From positions 70,000,001-70,060,000 of the forward strand of contig NC_058368.1 in assembly GCF_018350175.1 (NCBI RefSeq): a DNA stretch of 60,000 nucleotides. The letters run 5' to 3'. The notes under the pieces are model-generated. The model was not told the DNA's origin, searched no databases, and worked only from the letters and a program-made list of their open reading frames with translations. The translations under genes and the position numbers were made by a program. This stretch comes from Felis catus. Taxonomy: Eukaryota. The number at the start of each line of letters is the position of its first letter. Position 1 is the first letter of the stretch. Shown here one piece after another: positions 35,872 to 47,916 of this stretch.

Positions 35872-35919
<48 letters not shown>
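35865..35919. repeat. (GT)n microsatellite, ~26 units with one interruption
   Basis: Directly visible. Confidence 0.95.
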
Positions 35920-35921
<2 letters not shown>

Positions 35922-37005
35922 GAAAACATGTAACACAAAACTTACCATCTTAATCATTTTTAAGTGTACAGTCCAGTAGTGTTAATTATGTACACCTTGT
36001 TGTGTAACAGATCTTTAGAACTTTTTCATCTTGTGAAACCGAAACCCTACACTCATTGAACGGCTCTCCTTTTCCCCCTCTCCAGCTCCTGGTAACGACC
36101 ATTCTATTCTGCTTCCTGTTTCTATGGGTCTGATTAGGCAAAGTTCTTCAAATAAGGGGATTCATACCTTATTCATCTCTTTATGACTTGCTTATTTCGC
36201 TCAGCATTATATCCTCAAGTTTCATCCATGTCTTAGCCTATGATGGGACTTCATTCTTTTCAAGGCTGAATAATATTCTGTTATGCGGATGTACCACATT
36301 TCTTTCTCCATTCATCTGTCCGTGGACATTTAGGTTGCTTCCACCTCTTAGCTATCGTGAGTGATACTGTAATGAACAGAGGTATGCAAATATATCTTTG
36401 AGATCGTTTTTCAATTCCTTCGGAACTATACCCAGAAGTGGGGATTGCTGGATCAGACGGGAATTCTATTTTTAACTTTTTTTAAAGTTTATTTTTATGT
36501 ATTTTGAGGCAGAGAGAGAGAGCAAGTGGGGGAGGGGCAGAGAGAGAGGGAGAGACAGAATCCCAATGCAGGGCTCGAACTCACAAACCTCAAGATCATG
36601 ACCTGAGCTGAAGAGTCGGATGCTTAACCTAACAAGCCACCCAGGTGCCCCTATTTTTAACTTTTTGAAGACCCTTCATACTGTTTTCCCTAGCATCCCA
36701 GACCTTTTTTAAAGTAAGTTTTACTGAGATGTAATTTACAGACCATACAATTCTAAAGGGTGCACTTCATTGGTTTTTAGCATATTCACAGAGGTTTGCA
36801 ACTATTACCACAATCAGAACATTTTCATCAGCCTCAAAAGAAACCCTGTACGTATTCTCTGTTATTCTCCAATTCTCCTGTCTTCCCCCCAGCCCTGGGC
36901 AACCACCAGTCCACTCTCTGTCTCTATGAATTTGCTTATTCTGGGCATTCCATTGAAACAGAGTCATACAAGGTGGGGTCCTTTGTAACTGGTTTCTTTC
37001 ACAGT
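35920..37005 (-). mobile_element. Two old L1M 3'-end fragments with a minus-strand CanSINE (36478-36651)
   Basis: cttaccatcttaatcatttttaagtgtacag...cccagaagtgggg; second 3' end from ~36715 (ttttactgagatgtaatttaca...ccctgggcaaccacca). Confidence 0.8.
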
Positions 37006-38254
37006 AGTTTTAGTCATTTGTGTTTTAGTTCTTTTGGAAATTAATCTCCATAATTCTAAATAATATAATTACATGTCTATAACATGACGAATTAACTCTA
37101 AATTATATTTATAGACTCCCCAGTGTGAAAAATGAGAATTTAGCTCACTTATAACACCACTCTTATCATACCTCCCTCCTCCTCTTCTCAATTTCAGATA
37201 ACTTTAAAAACCTCTTAGTTGGTTGATTGGTTACCCCAATAACTTTACATAATGTCTGCAATTATTTATTTGTCTTAGATAGCATTTATTTCCCAAGGTA
37301 GGATATTAGGCCTTTGTGCTCCTTTTTAAACAAACAAACAAACCTGATCTCTCCTCTTACATCACCCAAGATCTGACTGCTATAATTTTACTGTTATGTA
37401 GTCCAGTCTGATAACATATACATTCTGTTCTGGAATAGTCTTCTGAAAATGGCCTATAGTTGATTATATAAATCAAAATCCAATAAAAAGCATTATCCTA
37501 TTAGAATCATAGATGTTCACTGCAGAGACAAGTAATAGAATCTGATTACATTTTCTTGGTAGGTTTTCTGATTACATTCACTCAGTATTAACATTCCTGT
37601 GCCATGCCAAGCAGAAATGTCAGTGTCAAATGGATTTCTTTTCTAATGCTCCGCCAATGGTTCCATTTGAGGAACATTTAGTTTGCTTTACATAACTGCT
37701 GTATTGCTTTTTTAAAAAAATAATTGCATTTATTTTTTTCTGACAGAATATACACCTTTACATTCTGAAATTATCCAACCCTTCAATCATGTTATCCATT
37801 ACATGGAATACACTTTCTTCTAGAAGAGTCATTCTTACATCCTGTTCCCATTAGGGTTGATTGCCCCATGGGCCTGGGGTACAACCACTATCCTGGGACT
37901 TCCTTTTAGTGCTCCCCCAGCTAGGACTTCCACTACTGGACCCCAGGACAGACTGACTTCTTCCCTCCTTAATTCTCTCCCTTCCTTCTCTCTTTCCCTT
38001 GGAGCACATCACCAGAAAGAGTGCTTGGCAAACAAATTTTCTGTGTGCCTGAGAATACCTTTTATTTTGTTCTTATATCTGAATAAATTTCTCCGTTGGA
38101 ATTAAATTGCTCTCAGAATTATGAAAATATTGTCTCTTGTGTTTTAGCATCAGTGTTGCTGGTGAGTTTGTTCTTTCATTGTAGTTTTTTTTTCAGTTTT
38201 TTTTTTTTACTTTGCTCATGAGAATGTGTAAAGTTTAGGGTCTTTTATCTTTCA

Positions 38255-38319
38255 TGTTCTTTTGTTTTTATTTGAGAGAGAGAGAGAGAGAAAGAGAGAG
38301 TTGGGGAGAGGGGCAGAGG

Positions 38320-38367
<48 letters not shown>

Positions 38368-38490
38368 CTTAAGCAGGCTCCATGCTCAGTGTGGAGCCCA
38401 GTGTGGGGCTTGATCCCACGACCCTGGGATCATGACCTGAGCTGAAATCAAGAGTCAGTTGCTCAACCAACTGAGCCACCCAGGCACCCC
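38255..38490 (-). mobile_element. CanSINE
   Basis: Reverse-complement SINE with a long (GA)n tract. Confidence 0.92.
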
Positions 38491-39349
38491 ATCTTTCATT
38501 TTCTTGACTATTTTTAATTTGGAGACATCTTGAGCTCTGAGAAACTGTCTTCTATTATGCCTTACATTATTTTCTTTCCTCCATTTGTTTGGTTCTCCTT
38601 TTCTCAAAAACCGTTAGTCAGATGTTGGCCTCCTGATCCTATCTTTTTTTTTCACATTTTTCTGAGTCTTGGCATAAAGGGAGATTTCTTTATTTTTCAT
38701 CCTTTGAATTTTTATTTAGCAAAAAATAGTTTTTAATCTCTAGGAGCTCTTTCTTGATTTATTTAAAGATGGAATATCTTCTTGAATCTCCTGGAGGATA
38801 CAAATTGGAATTTCAAAATAGAATCCCCTTCTCATCCCTAAATCATTTCAGCTCCCTATCGAGGTCCCATTTGCTCATCCAGGGCCTTCTCTTTTAAGTT
38901 GTCGGATTCCTTCTAGATGCGGAGAACCTTCTTTATTTGCTCCTTTAAAGAACGAAGGAATACGTGAAGTTTTCTAGGCAGCTGGCAAGGGTTTCCCTAG
39001 CAGTTGGGCGGGTAAGTCAAGGTCCTCAGTGGGCCTTTCCTCTGAATGTAGAGGCTGGTGGTGGCAATTCTGGCGTGTGAGCACAGAGCAGTGGTGCGCC
39101 GGGATGGAGGTTCACCCTGACTCACGAGAGTCAAGTGTGCACATCTCTTCCCATCCCCCACCTTCACGCTTCAGGTGGGTGGCCTGATATCAGCCAGGGT
39201 GGGAGTCCTGATGCCAAGGAAATTGGCCAACGCTACTCATCAGGGCTGTTTTTCCTCCACAGAGAGCCCATTGTTAAATATTTGCCAACACATCACTGGT
39301 CAGGAAGGTTGATAGATAGGTTTCACTTTAGGAGTGTGTGGGTGGGGGG

Positions 39350-39465
39350 TTAATCAGCATTTTCCCAATGACCAATAGTATTGAACACTTTCCCATGTAC
39401 CTGATAGCTATTTGTATATCTTCTTTGGGGAAATGTCTCTTTAAAATTTTTTTTAAATGTTTATT

Positions 39466-39521
<56 letters not shown>

Positions 39522-40660
39522 AGCATGAGTGGGGGAGGGGCAGAGAGAGAAGGGGACAGAATCCGAAGCAGGCTCCAGGCTCTGAGCTGTCAGCACAGAG
39601 TCCAATGTGGGGCTTGAACTCATGGACGTCGAGATCATGACCTGAGCCGAAGTCAAACACTTAACTGACTGAGCCACCCAGGCACCCCAAAAGAAATGTC
39701 TCTTTAAACCTTCTGCCCATTTTTAAATTTGGGTGTTGGTCTTGTTATTGAGTTGTAAGGATTCTTTATACATTCTGAATACAAGTCCTTTATTAGAAAT
39801 ATGATTTGCAAATATTTCTCCCCAGTATGCTGCTTAGCTTTTAATTCTCTTTTGATAGGCAAAAGTTTTAAGTTTTGTTAAAATTAACATCACTTTTTTA
39901 ATGGATCATGCTTTTGTTGTCATAGTTATTTATAGCTATTCTTTTCCCCCCAAGTTTTTATTTAAATTCTAGTTAGTTAATACTCATAGGTTTTCTTATC
40001 CTTTTCCAAGATCACAAAAATTTGGCATTACAGGGGCGCCTGGGTGGCTCAGTCAGGTAAGCGACTGACTCTTGATTTCAGCTCAGGTCATGATCCCACA
40101 GTTTGTGAGATTGAGCCCTGCGTCAGGCTCTGCACTGACCCACTTGGGATTATCTCTCTCTGTCTCTGCCCCTCCCCTGCTTGCATGCACGCCCTCTGCC
40201 TTCTCAAAATAAATAAATAAACTTAAAAAACAAAGAAAAAAATGTGCTATTACGTGTTCTAAAAGGTTTATATAGTTCTTACATTTAGACGCATGATCCA
40301 TATTTTAATCTCAGTGTATGGTATGAGGTAAAGGTCAAAGTTTATTTTTTGCATATGGATATCCAATTGTCCCATCACCAAATGTTGAAAAGATTATTCT
40401 CTCCCCCAGTAAACTGCCTTGGAATCTTTGTCAGAAAACAATTGCTCATAAGTATAAGGCATCATTTCTGGACTTTCTCTTCTGTCTCATTGATCTATAT
40501 TTCTATTCTTAATGCTAATGCCACACTCTCTTGATTACTGTAGCTTTATGGTAATTTTGAAATCTGGTAGTGCAAATGCTCCAACTTTGTTCTTCATTTC
40601 TAAGATGATTTGGGCTATCCCAGGCTTTCTGTATTTACCGATAAATTTTAGGTTCAGCTA
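39350..40660 (-). mobile_element. Old L1M ORF2 3' fragment with CanSINEs at 39445-39688 (-) and 40032-40240 (+)
   Basis: aaatgtctctttaaa (SINE TSD), tgcatatggatatccaattgtccc...ttgaaaagatt, cttgattactgtagcttta. Confidence 0.85.
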
Positions 40661-40836
40661 AAACAGAGAGAGGAGAGGGGTGGGGAAGGGAACTAACTGG
40701 TAAGCATATCATTGTAAATACCAATAACATCATTTTTACATGTCAGCTCATCTTAAAACCAAACGTTTTTCTGTTTCCTTTTCTGTTTTCTGTTTCAAAT
40801 GATATAAAATTGATTATTCACATTAAATTCTACAAA

Positions 40837-40952
40837 TGGTTTCTGGTCCAAGATGGCAACTTAGGGAGACCCTGGCCTCACCTCCTCCACTGACAGACCA
40901 AATCTACATCTATTTATAGAGCAATTCTTCCCGAAGAAGAACTGAGGGCTGA
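40837..40952 (+). mobile_element. Isolated L1 5'-UTR start fragment (116 bp)
   Basis: ttctggtccAAGATGGCaacttagggagaccctggcctcacctcctcc resembles the reverse complement of 55410-55486, the 5' end of the long L1; TSD-like flanks. Confidence 0.7.
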
Positions 40953-41629
40953 CATATTGAATTCTAACAAAAACCTACTATACTCAGTATTGTCCTCTAA
41001 TATCTGCTCAGACTATATTGTGTAAATTTCTTTCTTAAAAAAGGAAAACACAGGGTGAATGGTATGAACCTAACAAGCCTGCAAAGCACTCACAATTGCC
41101 TGATGAATCAGCTTCCCCAAGGCACAAATCTTTGTACCAAGCAGGGAGAAAACTGCACACTCAGAAGGAAGCAAGTGTAGCAGAAGTAAGGTTGTAAATG
41201 AGTAATGTGATAGGAAGCGCTATTTTGTTACAAGGTTCATGATACATATTTCTTCCTAATGATTATCTAAGCCCCACAATCACAAAATTATATATAAAAC
41301 ATGTTTGTGAAAAAGTCTTCTCTCTAAAAACTATGTCCTTCCAAAAGACCAATGCACTTCAGTGAATGATTTGAAGCTTTTCTTTGTGATGACAAGCTAT
41401 CAAGAATAGCTTAATATGACCACGTGAGATTGTGTTTTGATTCTCACGTTCCACTACACGTGGTCCATGGACTTTGTGGACAGGAGGGGAGGAGACAAGA
41501 CCATTGTTAGCTGGGGTGTTCAGTCTCCTCCAGGCCTTTAAATAATTTAACTCTTCATGTGTGAGAAACTGCTGTTAAAGTCTTAATTTCCTACCTTTAA
41601 GAGCAAGGTTTTGTTTTCTTTGTTTTGAA

Positions 41630-42058
41630 GAAGTGGGCTAACGAATGATCACAAACTTGGTGACTCAAAACAACAGAGATTTAATCTCTGACACATCTGG
41701 AGACCGGAAGTCCAAAATCAAAGTGTCAGTGGATCCCCACTCCTGCAGGCTTGCAGGGAGGACCCTCCCTTCTCTCTTCCAGCTCTGGTGGTTGCCAGTG
41801 TTCCTTGGCTTGTGAGCACTGCACCCCAATCTGTGCCTCTGTCTTCACAATCTTTTCACAGTCTCTTCTCTCTTTTTCTGTAGGTTCTCAAATTTCTTCT
41901 GCCTCACTTTTATGAGGATATGTGTGATTGCATTGTGGGCTTACCCTGGCAAACCAAGTCCATTGTAACTCAATCACATCTGCCAAGATCTTGTTTCCAT
42001 ATAACTAACATTCATAATCTCCAGGGATTGGGACCTATTTTGGGGGAAGCCATTACTC
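41630..42058. mobile_element. MLT1-type LTR
   Basis: cacaaacttggtgactcaaaacaacagag...gaagtccaaaatcaaagtgtcag...aatcacatctgccaaga. Confidence 0.78.
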
Positions 42059-42452
42059 TCCCTACCTCATCTACATATCTACTTTTTTTTTTTTTAACGG
42101 TTGCCGGTCAGCCTCTGAATCCCCCACTTCCTTTGGGCAAGGTCATTGGTAGAACATGCAGCAACTGAGACATCGCCTCAGTGACATGTGACAGGGGTTG
42201 CCACACGTGGCATGACGGATATGGTCTCAGACTCAGTCAGTGGCAAGGAAAAGTCATTCTAGGTGCCATACTGTGTGACTGTGGAATTGGGCTGAATTGA
42301 TGGAGACTGGGTCCCGCTATTCTCTGAAGCTGGAGATGCCACTGACATTTCCAGAGCACAAAATATTTACAGGGTAAATGTATTGGACAGTTGTTCCTCA
42401 AAAAATGTATTTGCACATTTGTGCATGTGTGTATGTATGTGCATTCCACACT

Positions 42453-43665
42453 CAGGCCGACCACAGAATTTGCAGGACCTGGTACAAAATGAAAACACAG
42501 TGCCCCTTGTTCAAAAGGCAGGACGCAAGTGCTATGGAAGGTACTGAAACATATAGACTTTTCCTTCCTCCATGGTGTCTGTCTTGACTCGTCATACTGT
42601 TATTTGCTACATAATGTGATTTGAAGGAAAGAAATTTAATTATTAGCAAGAATTTTATTGTTCCTCTTTATATATGTGATGTCAGCAAATGTAAGTGCAT
42701 TTAACTCATATGCTGAATCATCAAAAACTACATCATTTGCATTTCATAGCTCATAAACATGTATCTATTTTGTTCTCACCAGAACAGTGGCAACACTGCA
42801 TGAAACCAACTCAACTGTTTTTATTTCACGTCTTGACACCCATGTTCTACCAACACTGATGCGGAAGGAGGCCTGAAATGATGAGGAATTGTAGGTAGCC
42901 CTTTCTTTCTTTTCCCCTCTATATGGTCATCTTTTTTTTTTTTGAATGTTTTTATTTATTTTTGGGAGAGACAGCATGAGTGGGGGAAGGGGCAGGGGGA
43001 GGGGACAGAGAAGGACAGAGGATCCAAAGCAGGCTCTGTGCTGACAGCGGTGAGCACAATGTGGGGCTCGAACTCACGAACCATGGGATCGTGACCTGAG
43101 CCGAAGTGGGACACTCAACTGACTGAGCCACCCAGGCGCCCCTGTCATCATCTTCAATATAAGTCACTGGCTAACACAGAGAATTAACACATGTCTAAGA
43201 AAGGATACGATAGGGTTCCTTGGTTGTGTTTCTTAGAACAACATTGCCTTCGTTCTGCTTTGGAAGCACCTTCTCCTTGGAAACGGAAGTGTGGCCTCCT
43301 GGGGCAGTCACACCCCTGCTTCCTCAGTCATGGACATCCCCCATTACCTTGTGCTCACTGTGGGTCTCACCGGACTCCCACACATCCCGGGTCTGCCAGA
43401 ATCCTGTGCTCTTGGGGCATCGTGAACATTCTATGCCAACTGGCAGCAAGGAAAGGCGGCAGACGAGGCACACGAGTGCATCTCCACCCGCTCACGCATG
43501 TGCTCCAGCGCTCCATCAAACGTCACTTAGGAAACGCAAATGCAAAGATAAAATTATTAAGCATTTCAAGATGGTGACAGCAGAGCATTAAACGAAGTAC
43601 GGGGCCGTTCTAAGCTCAAGGCCCCGGGTGACTGCGCAGGTCGTATGCCCATAAAGCCAGCTCTG
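42453..43665 (-). mobile_element. MER45 (long B/C form, hAT-Tip100) interrupted by a minus-strand CanSINE (42932-43142)
   Basis: Termini match MER45 ends: caaaatgaaaa...gccccttgttcaaaa and atttcaagatggtgacagcagagcattaaac...gcgcaggtcg...cccataaagccagctctg. Confidence 0.8.
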
Positions 43666-43789
43666 GTTTTATTTGCTTTCACAAAGTATTAAACAATGTT
43701 TAAGGGCCAATGGTTCAGCTTAAGTACTTTTATACCCACCCCCAGCCCCAACCTTACTAACATCACTGGAGGTAACACACTGGACGTCC

Positions 43790-44250
43790 CTCAAGCTCTG
43801 GAGTCAGACACACCTGACTTGGCATCTCAGGTTTGTTGCTTATCGTGTGTGTAAGCGGGCAGCCACAAGGGATCAAATGCAGATAATGACATTGAAATCA
43901 TGGTGGTGTTGTAGGGATTAAAGGCATAACACTTAAAATGCCTAGTCCTAAGAGTCCCACAGAACAAGGAAGCGTTCAAAAACGGGAGCAGTTTTTATCA
44001 TAAAGGGGGAGAATAACTTGGGTAAGCATCATGGCCTGCTCGTCCGGGATGAGTGAACCGCAAACCCAGGCCTGATTCCAGTTTCATCAAGCAACAGCTG
44101 CGTGAACTTGGTTAAGTCGCTTCACTCTTCAGGTGTGAGTCCCTTACCTGAAAGACTATGACACGACCTAGCTTATCAAGTCATAGCGAGGTTTAATTGA
44201 GATGTTATATATGGAAGTGCTCCGTAAAATGTCATCAAATGTTAGTCACT
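43790..44250. mobile_element. MIR fragments
   Basis: ctctggagtcagac...; agctgcgtgaacttggttaagtcgcttcactct...aattgagat. Confidence 0.6.
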
Positions 44251-44679
44251 ACTCGGCAGACTGACCCATTTGTCACGTTACAGTGGGTGCGGATCATGAG
44301 AGAAGCTTTACTGACTCTCCACAACCTTGCCCTCTTTCCCTGAGACTCACCAGTTGTGTCCTTTCTAGCTTCTCAAGTCTCAAAATGTTACATTCTGATC
44401 CGTCCCTTTTCTCTCACATTTGTTTTAGCCTCGATTTTATTTTTACATATATTCAGTGCCCACCATATACGCTTTTGCCATAATGTCCCAGTGACCTTTT
44501 GGTGAATAGATGTCATTCACTGATAATTCCTGAAGGGTTCATGGGAACAATGTTCCCCCAAAATATTCTTCTAGCGAGATGAATTGTGTCACTTCAGTGG
44601 GGACGATATAAAGCCATAAAGCATACTTTCCTTTCAAGAGTTTTTGACTAGAAGAAAAACAGCTTCCATTAACTCAGCA

Positions 44680-44780
44680 TGTTACTGATCTCTGAAAACA
44701 AGATCTTCTGGAACAGACGTTAGAGTGTTCTATTACTTTGGGGGTTCTACTCTCTGAATCTTCTACGCTTAAGCAACAAG
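44680..44780 (+). repeat. 101-bp local direct repeat, likely donor copy
   Basis: Ungapped match to 47609-47709, 89/101 identical by manual count. Confidence 0.92.
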
Positions 44781-45441
44781 ATCAACACAGGGGACCAGAA
44801 ACTCAAAGGATACGTTTTACTCTTGATTTTATTGAGCTGATAATTACAGAGAAAAAAGCTGTTCTCTGCACGGAAGTTTTCTTACCTGTAAAACAGACCA
44901 AATAATGCTCATTTCTCATCGTCCGGGAGACTGTGTCCTAAGGTCCTAGTGCGTTACTGTCAGTGAGATCGGAGTGGGTCTGCGCAGATTAGATATGCAT
45001 GAACTCTCCCTTCCCTAGTCTATTTACTGAGGTGTGTTTGCTCTCCACAGTAAGTACACTGGGAGATTCTCTTTTTAATCACATCAGCTATTTCTCTAAA
45101 CCTGGTAACCGAGAAGACCTAACATCCTTCCGGAAGGGAAGAAACTCGCTCCCACATTATCAGCAAAATCAAGTGGACAATTTTTGTTTTTCAGATGAAT
45201 GCAAAAGTAATACGTTTTCACTACAGTTTTTCTTTTTGAAAATTCTGACAAGTATATAGGAAAAAAATCTAGAGATAGCTAGTGTTCATATTTTATTGCA
45301 CTTCTTTGCAGACTTTTTCTTTACACATAAATAAGCTTACCAACACTACATGTTTTATAACTCATATGTGTTTTATAATCTATTTTCACTCAGCCTTATG
45401 AAATTTTTCCTTGTCACAACGTTGTCTTAAAATGATTTTTT

Positions 45442-45665
45442 AGGGGTGCCTGGGTGGCTCAGTCAGTTAAGTGTCCAACTTTGGCTCAGGTCATGATCTT
45501 GCGGTTCGTGAGTTTGAGCCCCACATCGGGCTCTGTGCCGACAGCTCAGAGCTGGGAGCCTGCTTCTGATTCTGTGTGTGTGTCTCTCTCTCTGCCCCTC
45601 CCCCACTCTCACTCTGTCTCTCTCTCTCTCTCAGAAATAATATAAACATTAAAAAAATGCTTTTT
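45442..45665 (+). mobile_element. CanSINE
   Basis: Head, CT linker and A tail. Confidence 0.92.
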
Positions 45666-45764
45666 AATGTCTGAAAGTACTTCATTGTAAATAGGTACCA
45701 TAATTAACTCATTCCCTTGAGCGGGTAGGGGCTTTAGGTTGGTTTCTTGTTTGGGGCTATTTTA

Positions 45765-45992
45765 TTTATTTTTAAAATTTTTTAACATTTATTTATTTTT
45801 GAGAGACAGAGAGAGGCAGAGCATGAGCAGGGGAGGGGGAGAGAGAGAGGGAGATACAGAATCTGAAGCAGGCTCCAGGCTCTGAGCTGTAGGTTAGCAC
45901 AGAGTCCGATGTGGGGCTCAAACCCATGAACTGCGAGACCATGACCTGAGCTGATGTTGGATGCTCAACCGACTGAGCCACCCAGGCTCCCC
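45765..45992 (-). mobile_element. CanSINE
   Basis: TSD-like cttgtttgggg(c/t)tatttta. Confidence 0.92.
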
Positions 45993-46959
45993 TTGTTTGG
46001 GGTTATTTTAATAACATGGTAATAAGCACTCTAGTACAGGAATATTTGTGTGTCTCTCCAATGACTTCTCCAGTATAAGTTCCTAGAACTTGGAATTTCT
46101 TGGCAAAGGGAAGGAAAGCAATTTTAGGCCCTCTGTACACATTGCCAAGTTGCCTTCCGGAAACACTCTTGTCTCCCCAGCAGTGGATGAAAGTAATGAG
46201 CCAAATGTATTGAATATGAAAAAAACAATCTTATAAACATCAGAAGAATATTCCATGTCAATACTATTTTAGAGGATCCGTTTCCAAGATTGCTATCGGC
46301 ACCTGCTGACAAGAACGGCCCAGGCAGCGTTTTATAGGTCACGGGACACTGGCCCACCATGTGCAGGTACACATCCACTCGCCTGAGGAAACTTCTTCTG
46401 TGGCCGGGGCCGGGGTGGGGTGGGGTGGGCTGCTGCCATCCGCCTGCTTTCTTTCTTATCCCCATCCCATCCTCTGACATCTGAGCTTGCACCCATCTGC
46501 CGCCCTCCACTTGCCCTGAAGGTGCAGGTCTCACGGTATTTTATAACGATTTGTGCAACACACACAGCCACATCTACATGTATCCTCAGATCTGGGTCTC
46601 AGGCTGGTAATCTCAGGGCAGTTGGTAAACTAGTCATTGGTTATTGTTTGCTGTAACAACACGTGAGTCAGAATGAGGAAGGGAGTCCTGGATGGGAGGA
46701 CTTCAGGAGGAATCCATGTGTGCTCTTCAGTCTCAGGAGCATGTTTTTAAATAAGAGAAGGGCAGACGGACCACACATGGGGCTGAAGGGGAGTATGTAA
46801 GCAAGGTATCTCTAAACCTCAGTTTTTTCCGTCTATACACAGAGAAAATTATCTTTCTTGGTTATCGTAAAGAGGAGAGGTAGTCTATGTTCAGTGTGTG
46901 GAATAAAACAAGGGCTATATAGCTACCCCTCTCTCTTTCTATCTGTATCTAGAACTCTA

Positions 46960-47870
46960 TTGGCAGAAGCTTCAGATGTACAGCTTTATAACTTGACATC
47001 TGCACGCACTACAAAGCGATTGCCACCACAAATCTAGTTACCATCCGTAACCTTATAGTTGACACCCCTCATTTATTTTGCCCATTCCTCAACCCTCTTC
47101 CCCTATGGTAACCACTAGTTTGTTTTCTGTATCTATGAGTTTGTTTTATTTTGTTTTTTCGTTTGTTTGTTTTTAAGATTCCACATATGAATGAGATCGT
47201 AAGATACTTGTCTTTCTCTGTCCGACATGTTGCGCTTAGCATAATACCCTCAAGGTCAGCCCATGTTATCACAAATGGTCAAGATTTCATTGTTTTTTTA
47301 TGGCTGAATAATATTCCATTGTATATATACCACCTCTTCTCTATTTGTTCATCTATCAGTAGATGCTTAGGTTGTTTCCATATCTTGGCTATTGTAAATA
47401 ATGTTGCAGTGAACAAGAGGGTGCACACATCTTTTGGAATGTATTTTCATTTTCTTTGGGTAAATACCCAGAAGTGGAATAGCTGGGCCATATGGTAGTT
47501 CTATTCTTAATTTTTTTGAGGAATTTCCATAATGTTTTCCATGGTGGGTGCACCAACTTACATTCCCACCAGTAGTGGATGAGGGTTTCCATTTGTCCAC
47601 ATCCACTGTGTTACTGATCTCTGAAAACAAGGTTTTCTGGAACAAACGTTAGAGTATTCTATTACTTTGGGGATTCTACTCTTTGAATATCATACACACA
47701 AGCAACAAGGCCAATAACAATACTTGTTATTTCCTGTCTTTTTGATAATAGCCAATCTGACAGGTGTGAGATGATATCTCATTATGGTTTTGATATGCAT
47801 TTTTCTAATAATTAGTGATGCCAGACTTTTCATGTGCCTATTAGCCATGTATAAATCTTCTTTGGAGTAT
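46960..47870 (-). mobile_element. Older L1 (L1MA9/L1_Carn-like) 3'-end fragment carrying a 101-bp foreign insert at 47609-47709
   Basis: ttttaagattccacatatgaatgagatc...aaatacccagaagtggaatagctgg...ctgacaggtgtgagatgatatctcatt. Confidence 0.88.
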
Positions 47871-47880
47871 AGCTACTGTT

Positions 47881-47916
47881 TGTATGTATGTATGTATGTA
47901 TGTATGTATGTATGTA
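47881..47916. repeat. (TATG)n tetranucleotide in the L1 tail
   Basis: Directly visible. Confidence 0.9.

Noticed and set aside
44875..44905. Minus-strand TTTTACAG|GTAAG resembling a recursive splice site
   Set aside because: Lies 19 kb upstream of the promoter with no supported transcript and resembles a decayed MIR core.
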